In this document: positions 14,200 to 22,669 of the stretch, piece after piece
Numbering within the stretch: position 1 is the first letter of the stretch
Layout: the number at the start of each line of letters is the position of its first letter
DNA from: Polynucleobacter sp. GWA2_45_21
GTDB taxonomy: Bacteria; Pseudomonadota; Gammaproteobacteria; Burkholderiales; Burkholderiaceae
Reading direction: 5' to 3'
Length of the DNA: 32,000 nucleotides
Assembly: GCF_001830325.1 (NCBI RefSeq)
Contig: NZ_MHZG01000004.1
Location: 1-32,000, forward strand
Program-made: the position numbers and the translations under genes
The notes under the pieces: generated by a model
Databases searched by the model: none
Told to the model about the DNA's origin: nothing
The model's input: the letters and a program-made list of their open reading frames with translations, nothing else

Positions 14200-14224
14200 A
14201 AACTGTCGCGTTTCGAGACGCTCG
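14200..14224 (-). repeat. Degenerate copy C of the hairpin repeat, opposite orientation
   Basis: The reverse complement CGAGCGTCTCGAAACGCGACAGTTT matches copy B at 19/25 positions, including a 10-nt run GTCTCGAAAC. The stem is not conserved. Confidence 0.45.
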
Positions 14225-14319
14225 CGGTCCATGAGTCTCACCCAGCGTAGATCATCCCCACTTGAAACGTCCATTCAGTTCCGCATTGTTCCAAGCAGTG
14301 ACCATGACATTTCAAATAG

Positions 14320-14355
14320 CCAAAAGAAAAGGGACCACATTGCTGTGATCCCTTT
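14320..14355 (-). terminator. Putative terminator downstream of tRNA-Lys (minus strand)
   Basis: Stem AAAGGGA/TCCCTTT (14349-14355 / 14328-14334) with a 14-nt loop, followed on the minus strand by TCTTTTGG. Confidence 0.4.
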
Positions 14356-14362
14356 GTATTAC

Positions 14363-14438
14363 TGGTGGGTCGGGCGAGATTCGAACTCGCGACCAACGGA
14401 TTAAAAGTCCGCTGCTCTACCGACTGAGCTACCGACCC
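14363..14438 (-). tRNA. tRNA-Lys (anticodon UUU), CCA encoded
   Basis: Minus-strand sequence GGGTCGGTAGCTCAGTCGGTAGAGCAGCGGACTTTTAATCCGTTGGTCGCGAGTTCGAATCTCGCCCGACCCACCA folds as a cloverleaf. Acceptor GGGTCGG/CCGACCC, D arm GCTC/GAGC, anticodon stem GCGGA/TCCGT with loop CTTTTAA, T arm GCGAG/CTCGC with TTCGAAT. Confidence 0.95.
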
Positions 14439-14523
14439 AGTAAGACAGAAATTATAGCAAGAACTTGGTTTGGCTTCCCCGGTTTTCGGGTGTTGCCCTG
14501 TATGCCTTGTACTTACAAGTGCG

Positions 14524-15861
14524 CTAGGCGTTAGCGCGTCTGGCAACAGGTGGATTTTTGGAGAAATAGTCCTTAATTCCTCTCAAAATTGCCTCAGCAA
14601 TGCGGTCTTGATAAGCGTCATCATTGAGGCGAGCCTCTTCTTGAGGGTTGCTGATAAAGGCTGTCTCAACCAGGATTGAGGGGATATCAGGCGCTCTGAG
14701 GACGGCAAAGCTGGCTTGCTCCACCTTGTTTTTATGTAGCGGAGCAAATCCACCAATTTGCTTCAAGATCGACTGGCCCACTTGAAGCGAGTCTTTGATT
14801 TGGGCGGTGGTCGACATATCTAGTAATAAGTTAGCAACCTGCTTATCTTGCGTCTTGATATTGATGCCGCCAATTAAATCCGAGGCATTTTCTTTGTTGG
14901 CCATCCAGCGTGCAGTAGTGCTACTGGCACCCATTTGGGATAGGGCAAAAACGGAAGCGCCTTTGGCTCTGGGCTCGATAAATGCATCTGCATGAATCGA
15001 GACAAATAAATCCGCCTCCACTCGACGTGCTTTTTGCACTCGCGTATGTAGTGGCACAAAGTAGTCACCATCTCTAGTAAGAAAAGGGCGCATGTACGCA
15101 TCATTATCAATTTTGTCGCGCAAGCGTTTCGCAATAGAAAGAACAACATTTTTTTCTTTGGATCCCATCGCGCCAATTGCGCCTGGATCCTCTCCACCAT
15201 GGCCTGCATCGATGGCAACGGTAATGAGGCGCTTGTGTTTTGCTGGAGCTGCAGGTTGTTTTACATCTGGAATGGCTTGAGCTACCGGGGCTTTTGGAGC
15301 TTCTTTTTCTTTCTGGCTAGCAAATTGCGCAATCAAATCGATTTCTTCATTAGCTTTTTCTAGTGCACTTTCTTTGCGGGCACTACTCCTAACTAATTCC
15401 ATTAAAGGATCTGGCGGTGTCGCTGGATAGAGATCGAGAACCATACGGTATTGATATTCCGCAATGGGATCTAGCGTAAAGAGTTGAGGTTTAACTGGTT
15501 CTTTGAGGTCAAATACCAAACGCACCATGCCAGGTTGAAATTGCCCCACACGAATTTGTGAAACGTAGGGATCGTTAGGTTTGACCTTGGCTACCAGGTC
15601 TTTCAGGGTGGAGTTAAATTCCATGCCCTGAACATCAACTACCAAGCGATCGGGATTGGTGAGTAATTGTTGGGTGATAGGTAGTGCTTTATCGGATTCG
15701 AGCGTGATCCGCGTGTAATCTTCTGCTGGCCAAATGCGTACGCCCAATATCTTAGCGCCCCAAGCAATCTCCGCCTCGCCAAAAAAGAGAATAAAACCCA
15801 GCATCTTTGCTGAAGTTTTGAGATGCTTTCTTCTGGAGGAATTGAGGGGTAACTTACTCAT
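14524..15861 (-). CDS. amiC: N-acetylmuramoyl-L-alanine amidase (AMIN domain + amidase_3), Tat-type signal
   Basis: SRRKHL twin-Arg leader. AMIN-like RIWPAEDYTRITLE...RLVVDV. Amidase_3 core VAIDAGHGGEDPGA...SIHADA...ETAFISNP. Confidence 0.9.
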   Translation of the reverse strand: MSKLPLNSSRRKHLKTSAKMLGFILFFGEAEIAWGAKILGVRIWPAEDYTRITLESDKALPITQQLLTNPDRLVVDVQGMEFNSTLKDLVAKVKPNDPYVSQIRVGQFQPGMVRLVFDLKEPVKPQLFTLDPIAEYQYRMVLDLYPATPPDPLMELVRSSARKESALEKANEEIDLIAQFASQKEKEAPKAPVAQAIPDVKQPAAPAKHKRLITVAIDAGHGGEDPGAIGAMGSKEKNVVLSIAKRLRDKIDNDAYMRPFLTRDGDYFVPLHTRVQKARRVEADLFVSIHADAFIEPRAKGASVFALSQMGASSTTARWMANKENASDLIGGINIKTQDKQVANLLLDMSTTAQIKDSLQVGQSILKQIGGFAPLHKNKVEQASFAVLRAPDIPSILVETAFISNPQEEARLNDDAYQDRIAEAILRGIKDYFSKNPPVARRANA

Positions 15862-15863
15862 CT

Positions 15864-16394
15864 CTATTGGGCGTGTAATTTCTCTATGGCAGCAATCCCG
15901 TGTTCGGAGTTTGCTTTGAGCTCAATTTGTCTTGCATTCTCATCTTCGCCGGCGCTGAGATGAATTTCAATATCAAAAGCAGGTAGGGTGTCCTCAGCTT
16001 TCCCTGGCCACTCTACCAAGCAGAATCCAGGCTCATCAAAATGTTCTGCAAAGCCAGCTTCTTGCCACTCTAGTGGATCTCTCATGCGATAAAGATCAAA
16101 GTGATGAGCTGTAATGCTTGCTGCTGACGATGGATTGCCACTGTTGAGTTCAATGGGGTAGGGTTCGCACAAGGTATAGGTCGGGCTCTTCACTCGTCCT
16201 GAATATCCAAGGGCTTGTATCAGGTGACGAGCAAAGGTGGTTTTGCCGGCTCCAAGATCGCCTTCTAGAGAGATATTGAGGTGAATACTTTGATCTGCCT
16301 GAAATAGGTGGCTGAGGCTGGAGGCAAGTTTTTGTGCCAAGGCGATCGTATCCGCTTCTTGCCTACAATGTTGAGTAAATGAATTCTGAGCCAT
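15864..16394 (-). CDS. tsaE: tRNA t6A37 biosynthesis ATPase TsaE
   Basis: GDLGAGKTTFARHL, VKSPTYTL, HFDLYR motifs. Classic tsaE-amiC adjacency (2-nt gap). Confidence 0.9.
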   Translation of the reverse strand: MAQNSFTQHCRQEADTIALAQKLASSLSHLFQADQSIHLNISLEGDLGAGKTTFARHLIQALGYSGRVKSPTYTLCEPYPIELNSGNPSSAASITAHHFDLYRMRDPLEWQEAGFAEHFDEPGFCLVEWPGKAEDTLPAFDIEIHLSAGEDENARQIELKANSEHGIAAIEKLHAQ

Positions 16395-16437
16395 TTGCCT
16401 AGTTTATTCAATTATTAAGATACATTCTGTATTACGT

Positions 16438-17532
16438 ATGACTTCTTCCCAAATACCGAACGCTGTTGATCAGATCCATCTTCGTGAATGGCTTAATGAG
16501 CAGTCTCGTCAGTTGGGTTTTGATGGCTTGCGCATCACTGATACCCATCTTGGATCGGCCACAGAGAGGCTGCGTGAGTGGTTAGATCAAGGGCGTCATG
16601 GCCAGATGGAGTACATGGCTAAACATGCTGATTTACGCTCTGATCCCGGCATGCTGGTTCCAGGTACTGTTAGGGTCATTTGCGTCACGATGAACTACCT
16701 ATCTCCTGAAATAGACTTTGACCATGAGTGGCAGCGTTTAGCTGAGCCGACCCAGGCAGTTGTATCCATGTACGCCCGTGGGCGCGACTATCACAAGGTG
16801 ATGCGCAATCGTTTGCAGGAGTTTGCGCAAATCATCGAAAAGAAAATTGGCTCATTTGGTTATCGCGTATTTACCGACTCAGCACCATTAATGGAGGTGG
16901 AGTTGGCTCGTAAGGCAGGCTTAGGTTGGCGAGGTAAACATACCTTGCTACTTAATCGTGAATCTGGGTCCACATTCTTTTTAGGTGAAATCTTGGTAGA
17001 TGTTCCGTTGCCAGTTGACCAAGAAGAAGATTCACATTGTGGTACTTGCCAATCTTGTATTGATATATGTCCCACACAAGCCATTACAGCACCATACCAA
17101 TTAGATGCACGCCGATGCATTTCTTATTTAACGATTGAAAATCCAGATGCCATTCCGGTGGAATTTCGTAGAGCGATGGGCAATCGTGTTTACGGATGTG
17201 ACGACTGTCAGCTGATTTGCCCTTGGAATAAATTTGCAAAGCGTACAGCCTTGCCTGATTTTGCTGAACGACATGGTCTCGGAAAGGCTAGTCTCTTGCA
17301 GCTTTGGTCTTGGACTGAGGAAGAATTCGAAAAACGTCATGAGGGCAGTGCCATCCGCCGTATCGGCTACTCTCGCTGGCGCAGAAACCTAGCCGTTGCG
17401 ATGGGGAATGCCTTGGCTGATGGCGAGGTATCGGAGATTGATCAGCGCTCCCTCAGGGAGGCTTTATTGGCTGGCCTACCAAGCTCAGATGACTTGGTAG
17501 CTGAGCATATTCAGTGGGCCCTGGATGCCTAG
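16438..17532 (+). CDS. queG: Epoxyqueuosine reductase
   Basis: Two 4Fe-4S clusters CGTCQSCIDICP and CDDCQLICPWNKF, and a HEAT-like C-terminus. Confidence 0.9.
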   Translation: MTSSQIPNAVDQIHLREWLNEQSRQLGFDGLRITDTHLGSATERLREWLDQGRHGQMEYMAKHADLRSDPGMLVPGTVRVICVTMNYLSPEIDFDHEWQRLAEPTQAVVSMYARGRDYHKVMRNRLQEFAQIIEKKIGSFGYRVFTDSAPLMEVELARKAGLGWRGKHTLLLNRESGSTFFLGEILVDVPLPVDQEEDSHCGTCQSCIDICPTQAITAPYQLDARRCISYLTIENPDAIPVEFRRAMGNRVYGCDDCQLICPWNKFAKRTALPDFAERHGLGKASLLQLWSWTEEEFEKRHEGSAIRRIGYSRWRRNLAVAMGNALADGEVSEIDQRSLREALLAGLPSSDDLVAEHIQWALDA

Positions 17533-17574
17533 TCACTTTGAAAGCTTGCGCCCCATCTCACTTACAATGATTTC

Positions 17575-18360
17575 ATGTCATTAGCCGATAAACCCTATAT
17601 AGACCCTAGCGAAATTGCTCTAGAGGGTTCGGGTGTACAGCGCTTTAAAGATTCCAGTCATGCTTTTTGGTCTGGCATTCGGGATGCTGCAGGCGCTCCT
17701 GCTATGGTCTTGTTTGCAGGCATGGTGGGTTTTGGTGCGATGGGCAAAACGAACGGCATGGATGTCTGGTTTACCAGTGCCACTAGTTTTTTGATGTTTG
17801 CATTGCCTGGTCAGGTGGTATTGCTAGAGATGGCAATAACGGGATCTTCTGTATTAGCTATTGCACTGGCAGTGACTTTGACTTCCACGCGCTTTATCAC
17901 GATGACCGTGACACTTTTTCCTCAGTTTCATGAAAAAGATCGTAACCATGGCCTCTACGCTTCGGTTCATCTGCTAGCAATGACTGCATGGGCCATCTCC
18001 ATGCGTGAGTTTCAGACTATTGAGGCCAAACATCGATTGAGTTATTTCATAGGGCTTGGTTTGCTGTGTTGGCTAATCTCAGTGCCCGGAACTATTTTGG
18101 GTTACTACTTGGCTGGTATGGTTCCGCCGGCGATTACCCTTGGCCTAGTTTTTATTAACCCTTTATTCTTTTTGCTGACATTTACCGAGGTAAAGGTCTG
18201 GATTAATCGAATTGCCATTGGCCTGGGATTTGTACTAGGCCCATTTTTCTTTATCTTGGATCGCGATACCAGCTTGCTGACGACTGGTTTAGTCGCTGGA
18301 ACTGCTGCCTATTTATTTGATCGCAAAGTATTGCGTAAGAAAGCAGGGGTCATAGGTTAA
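17575..18360 (+). CDS. azlC: AzlC-family branched-chain amino acid exporter subunit
   Basis: 261-aa polytopic membrane protein, followed by an overlapping AzlD-sized partner (ATG overlaps the stop at 18360). Confidence 0.8.
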   Translation: MSLADKPYIDPSEIALEGSGVQRFKDSSHAFWSGIRDAAGAPAMVLFAGMVGFGAMGKTNGMDVWFTSATSFLMFALPGQVVLLEMAITGSSVLAIALAVTLTSTRFITMTVTLFPQFHEKDRNHGLYASVHLLAMTAWAISMREFQTIEAKHRLSYFIGLGLLCWLISVPGTILGYYLAGMVPPAITLGLVFINPLFFLLTFTEVKVWINRIAIGLGFVLGPFFFILDRDTSLLTTGLVAGTAAYLFDRKVLRKKAGVIG

Positions 18361-18701
18361 TGAATACTGCTCTTCAAGGCTGGGGTTTATGGATTGCCTT
18401 AGCTGGTGCGACTCTTGGAACCTATTTTTGCCGTGCCATTGGTGTTTTGCTCGCCAAAAAAATTAACCAAGAGAGCGAAATCTTTCGTTGGCTTGCCGCG
18501 GTAACTTATGCCATGGTTGCAGCTTTAGTAGTCAGAATGGTCTTGATGCCAATTGGCCTATTAGCAACGGTGCCATTATGGATTCGGATTCTGATTTGTC
18601 TTCTCAGTCTTGGTGTGATGGTTTCTAAGCCAGCACACCGCCTCGTTCCAGCCCTATTGACTGGAACGCTTCTGATGCTAGCTTACGGCGTCATACGCTA
18701 A
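18360..18701 (+). CDS. azlD: AzlD-family small membrane subunit
   Basis: 113-aa hydrophobic protein coupled to azlC. Confidence 0.75.
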   Translation: MNTALQGWGLWIALAGATLGTYFCRAIGVLLAKKINQESEIFRWLAAVTYAMVAALVVRMVLMPIGLLATVPLWIRILICLLSLGVMVSKPAHRLVPALLTGTLLMLAYGVIR

Positions 18702-18723
18702 GTGAATCATTCAGCCGTTTAAT

Positions 18724-21700
18724 TCAAAGATGGGCTGCCAAAATTTTGGCAATATGTACCGCGTCTCTTTGTGTGCCATCGGCAATCTGGTGGCGACAGC
18801 TTGTCCCATCTGCAACAACCCAACTATCTGGCGCCTTCCGTATCGCTGGCAATAGGCTTGCTTCAGCCATTTGCTTTGATACCTCAATATGCTCTGATTC
18901 ATAACCAAAGCTACCTGCCATACCGCAGCATGATGATTCAATCAGTTTAGGTTCGGCATTCGGAATTAGCTTCAAGAGCTCTATCGCTGGTGTTACAGCC
19001 GCAAATGATTTTTGATGGCAATGACCATGAAATAAGACTGGACGGGATGCTGGTTTTAATTGAAGTTGAAGTTTTCCACTCTTTACTTCTTTAGCTAAAA
19101 ATTCTTCTAAGAGTTGCACATGTTTGCTTACAGTCACTGCACGCTCACCAAATCCCATGACTAAAGCCTCATCCTTTAAGGTGAACAGGCAAGAAGGCTC
19201 TAGACCAATGATGGGAATATTTTTTTCTGCAAATGGCGCAAGATGATTTACCAACTCATCTAAGCTAGCTTTGGCTTTGTCGACCATGCCAGCGGCTAGG
19301 TAGGTACGGCCACAGCAAAATTCCTTGGAGCACGTATTTGGTGTGGAGTCTAATTTTTCCTTAGCCAAGCTCTTCTGCGGAATATGGACGCGATATCCAG
19401 CGGCCTTGAGTACAGCGAGCGCTGCTTGCAGATTTTCATCTTCAAAATAGGCATTGAAGGTATCTGCCAACAGTACAACGCCTTTATGGCCATTGACATC
19501 ATCTTGACTGAGTTCGGCCGGGGTAAATTGATAAGGTGTAATTGCATTCTGATTACTCCAGAATGTTTTTGCTTTCCAGATCGGCAAACTTCTTTGAGCA
19601 GAGATGCCCATGATCCATTCTTGCAATTGAGCAATCGGCGCAATATGGTTACGTAGATTGAGGAGCGCAGGCAAGCCAGGAATGCTGCTAATCATTGGTG
19701 CATATTTTGGTAGATAGGCAACGGCTAGATCTCGTAATGAGTGCCCAACCCGTTTTTTGTAAGCCGACAAAAACTCAATCTTCATCTTCGCCATATCGAC
19801 GCCAGTAGGGCATTCACGGCGGCAGGCCTTGCAGCTGACACAGAGCTCCATCACCTCCTTAATAGCGTCGCTACCAAGGGGTGAGCTTTCATCTTTGATG
19901 TCCAGTTGATTGGAGAGTGCGAGACGTAAGGTATTGGCGCGACCACGGGTGAGATGCTTTTCATCACGCGTCACGCGATAACTTGGGCACATTACTTCCG
20001 CATCAAATTTACGGCAGTGACCATTGTTATTGCACATCTCTACTGCTTTGGCTAAGCCCATTGCTGGGTCGCCGCCAGTACCCGGTGCGCTGGTCTCTTC
20101 AGTGACAGGATTATTTTGTACGTTCCAGGCAGACCAATCTAAAGCGGGCTGAAGTGGAATGACCTTATAGCTTGGTGGGAAGCGGAAATTACTCGCATCA
20201 TCCATCTTCGGTGGGTCAATAATCTTGCCAGGATTAAATAATCCATTCGGATCAAACTCATGCTTAATTTCTGCAAGTGCTTCGGTAATCTTAGGGCCAA
20301 ATTGCCAGGAGATCCATTCACCACGGCAGAGTCCATCGCCGTGCTCGCCACTATATGCACCTTTGTATTTGCGAACTAATGCAGATGCTTCTTCAGCAAC
20401 GGCACGCATTTTTTGTGCGCCATCACGGCGCATGTCTAAGATGGGGCGTACGTGGAGCGTGCCTACTGAAGCATGTGCATACCAAGTGCCTCGTGAACCA
20501 TATTTAGAAAATACATCTGTGAGCGCTTGTGTATATTCAGCAAGACTCTCGAGCGGGACTGCGCAGTCTTCAATGAAGCTCACTGGCTTACCATCACCTT
20601 TAAGGCTCATCATGATGTTTAAGCCGGCCTTACGTACTTCCCATAAATTCTTTTGCAAGCCAGCATCAGGCATAGCAACTACTGAGCCTGGCAGACCTAG
20701 GTCACTCATCAGGCCCTGTAAAGACTTTAGTTTCTCAAGCAAGGGTGCGTGCGCTTCACCAGAGAACTCCACCAATAGGATTGCTTCAGGAGTGGGGCCG
20801 CTAGCATCAATGAGAGCGGTCTCAATGGTTTTCTTAAAGCTAGGGTTGTGACGCGCTAAATCAATCATGGTGCGATCGACTAATTCAACTGCAGTGGGCC
20901 CAAGCTTGACGATATGCTGCGCGCTATCCATTGCTTTGAAGAAGCTTGCAAAGTTTACTACTCCAAGCACTTTGTGTTGTGGCAAGGGCGCCAATTTCAA
21001 TTCAAGTGATTTGAAATACGCCAAAGTGCCTTCGCTACCCACCAACAGGTGTGCCAAATTCACACTGCCATCTTGTGTATAGGGGCGCTCGCTTTGTGGA
21101 TGAAAGACATCCAAGTTGTATCCGGCAACACGGCGCAATACTTTGGGGAAGTGCGCTTCGATTTCAGGTTGGAGTTTATTAGCCAAACCTTTTACAAAGT
21201 CACCGAGTTGTTTTGCTACGCCAGAGCTATTGGCGTAATTTCCAAAGCTTGCTACTTGCCCATTGGCTAACCAAGCATCAATACCCAAAACGTTATGCAC
21301 CATGTTTCCATAGGCAATAGAGCGACTGCCGCAAGAGTTGTTACCAGCCATGCCGCCTATTGTTGCTTGTGCAGCGGTAGAGACGTCTACTGGGTACCAG
21401 AGGCCATGGGGTTTGAGTGCAGCATTGAGGTGATCTAAAACAATGCCAGGCTCAACTACTGCAGTTGCCTTTTCTGGATCAGCATGCAAGAGTTTGCGAA
21501 AGTATTTCGTATTGTCGATTACTAATGCTGTGCCGGTAGTCTGTCCGCACTGACTGGTGCCGCCTCCACGAGGCAAAACTGGTACACCTAAATCAGCTGC
21601 AATCTGAATAGCTGTCGCAATATCTTCAGCAGTTTTGGGAACAAAGACGGCGACAGGCATAGCTTGGTAGATAGATGCATCAGTTGCATAACGTCCACGA

Positions 21701-21810
21701 CTAGCCATATCGGTCATGACTTCGCCAGAGGTTTCTTGCCTTAGGCGCTTGGCTAACTCTGCCTTGTTAGCAACGAATTCTGGAAGTGGTAAATCGAGTG
21801 GCTTGTTCAT
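18724..21810 (-). CDS. FAD-binding (PCMH-type) oxidase fused to 4Fe-4S and CCG domains (E. coli YdiJ-like D-2-hydroxyacid dehydrogenase family)
   Basis: 1028 aa. N-terminal FAD-linked oxidase (VLPRGGGTSQCGQ). Central CxxCxxCxxxCP (CVSCKACRRECP). C-terminal Cys-rich CCG-type repeats (EPSCLF, CCGMAGSFG). Confidence 0.85.
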   Translation of the reverse strand: MNKPLDLPLPEFVANKAELAKRLRQETSGEVMTDMASRGRYATDASIYQAMPVAVFVPKTAEDIATAIQIAADLGVPVLPRGGGTSQCGQTTGTALVIDNTKYFRKLLHADPEKATAVVEPGIVLDHLNAALKPHGLWYPVDVSTAAQATIGGMAGNNSCGSRSIAYGNMVHNVLGIDAWLANGQVASFGNYANSSGVAKQLGDFVKGLANKLQPEIEAHFPKVLRRVAGYNLDVFHPQSERPYTQDGSVNLAHLLVGSEGTLAYFKSLELKLAPLPQHKVLGVVNFASFFKAMDSAQHIVKLGPTAVELVDRTMIDLARHNPSFKKTIETALIDASGPTPEAILLVEFSGEAHAPLLEKLKSLQGLMSDLGLPGSVVAMPDAGLQKNLWEVRKAGLNIMMSLKGDGKPVSFIEDCAVPLESLAEYTQALTDVFSKYGSRGTWYAHASVGTLHVRPILDMRRDGAQKMRAVAEEASALVRKYKGAYSGEHGDGLCRGEWISWQFGPKITEALAEIKHEFDPNGLFNPGKIIDPPKMDDASNFRFPPSYKVIPLQPALDWSAWNVQNNPVTEETSAPGTGGDPAMGLAKAVEMCNNNGHCRKFDAEVMCPSYRVTRDEKHLTRGRANTLRLALSNQLDIKDESSPLGSDAIKEVMELCVSCKACRRECPTGVDMAKMKIEFLSAYKKRVGHSLRDLAVAYLPKYAPMISSIPGLPALLNLRNHIAPIAQLQEWIMGISAQRSLPIWKAKTFWSNQNAITPYQFTPAELSQDDVNGHKGVVLLADTFNAYFEDENLQAALAVLKAAGYRVHIPQKSLAKEKLDSTPNTCSKEFCCGRTYLAAGMVDKAKASLDELVNHLAPFAEKNIPIIGLEPSCLFTLKDEALVMGFGERAVTVSKHVQLLEEFLAKEVKSGKLQLQLKPASRPVLFHGHCHQKSFAAVTPAIELLKLIPNAEPKLIESSCCGMAGSFGYESEHIEVSKQMAEASLLPAIRKAPDSWVVADGTSCRHQIADGTQRDAVHIAKILAAHL

Positions 21811-22490
21811 GCTGCAACTTTCTGTTTGGATTCTGAGTCAACTAATTGGATTACTACATCACGTTTATTCATGACGTGCTGCATCATGACTTTGCGCATG
21901 CGTGCGCTATCGCGAGCTTTTAATGCGTCCAGCATCTCTTGATGTTCGCCCACTGCTTTCTCCCATTTCACGCCATCTTGATTGGAGCGAAAGCGCAGTG
22001 CCTCAATACGGGCATTGACTTGGGTAAAGAGCTGACTTAAGACGGGATTATTTGCCGCTTGATTAATGGCCTGGTGAATCTTGAGATTGAGTTGGTAGTA
22101 GCTCGAGAGATCTCTGCGAGCATACGAGGCCATCATTTCATATTGGAGTGCTTCAAGTTCAATGAGAGCTTGATCGCTAATGTTTTGTGCTGCTAGTTCG
22201 CCAGAGTAGCCCTCTAAGTTCGCAATCACATCAAAGGTGTGAAGGATGTCATCCCGCGTGAGTTGTACTGCAATCGCTCCGCGGTTGGCAATCAGCTCAA
22301 CTAAGCCGTCGGCAGCCAAACGTCGAATTGCCTCGCGAATAGGGGTGCGTGACACATTGAGCTGTTCTGCTAACTCACGCTCATTCAATTTGCTCCCCGG
22401 CGTAATGGCGCCCTCTACCAATAAAGCTCGCAGCTTTTGGAAGGTGACCTCGTGTAAGTTTTGGGTATTTGGGGGTGCAGTGAGCATCAT
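21807..22490 (-). CDS. GntR-family transcriptional regulator (FCD C-terminal domain)
   Basis: wHTH: GSKLNERELAEQLNVSRTPIREAIRRLAADGLVE. The longest ORF starts at TTG 22535. I prefer ATG 22490 because a palindromic operator-like site lies between the two. The stop overlaps the oxidase start. Confidence 0.85.
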   Translation of the reverse strand: MMLTAPPNTQNLHEVTFQKLRALLVEGAITPGSKLNERELAEQLNVSRTPIREAIRRLAADGLVELIANRGAIAVQLTRDDILHTFDVIANLEGYSGELAAQNISDQALIELEALQYEMMASYARRDLSSYYQLNLKIHQAINQAANNPVLSQLFTQVNARIEALRFRSNQDGVKWEKAVGEHQEMLDALKARDSARMRKVMMQHVMNKRDVVIQLVDSESKQKVAA

Positions 22491-22507
22491 TTGAAATGCC
22501 TTAATTT

Positions 22508-22597
22508 TGTATACATATTTACTATAACCTATCAATAGCTTAAAATAACGCTATAAATTGCTTATTTTTTACTTATTTGAAAAATATTTTGCATACA
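22508..22597. promoter_or_regulatory. Candidate GntR operators in the divergent promoter region
   Basis: Perfect palindrome TGTATACA (22508-22515) and related TGCATACA (22590-22597). Both have the GT...AC core typical of FadR/FCD-type GntR sites. Confidence 0.3.
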
Positions 22598-22669
22598 AAA
22601 TTGTAAATTACTAAAAAGTGACTTACACTGGCCAGCAAGATTAACAACAAAAACCAAGCGAGACTCAGC

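Larger units (their letters stand above)
1..14362. mobile_element. Mosaic genomic island (one or several integrative elements) lying downstream of the 3' end of tRNA-Lys. The left boundary is not resolved inside the window.
   Basis: Three tyrosine recombinase genes, a TA pair and many orphan or defence-like genes with overlapping start/stop codons. It looks more AT-rich than the housekeeping block that starts right of 14363 (spot counts only, no sliding-window calculation). Confidence 0.6.

Noticed and set aside
46-14244. A 9-nt inverted match TGGGTGAGA (46-54) / TCTCACCCA (14236-14244) as possible terminal inverted repeats of the island.
   Set aside because: It is short, there is no flanking similarity, and no transposase is present. 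It is borderline expected by chance in the searched end regions.
14183-14679. ORFs 14183..14404 (+), 14238..14546 (-) and 14470..14679 (+).
   Set aside because: They run straight through the tRNA-Lys gene, its terminator and the amiC 3' end, so they are almost certainly not coding.
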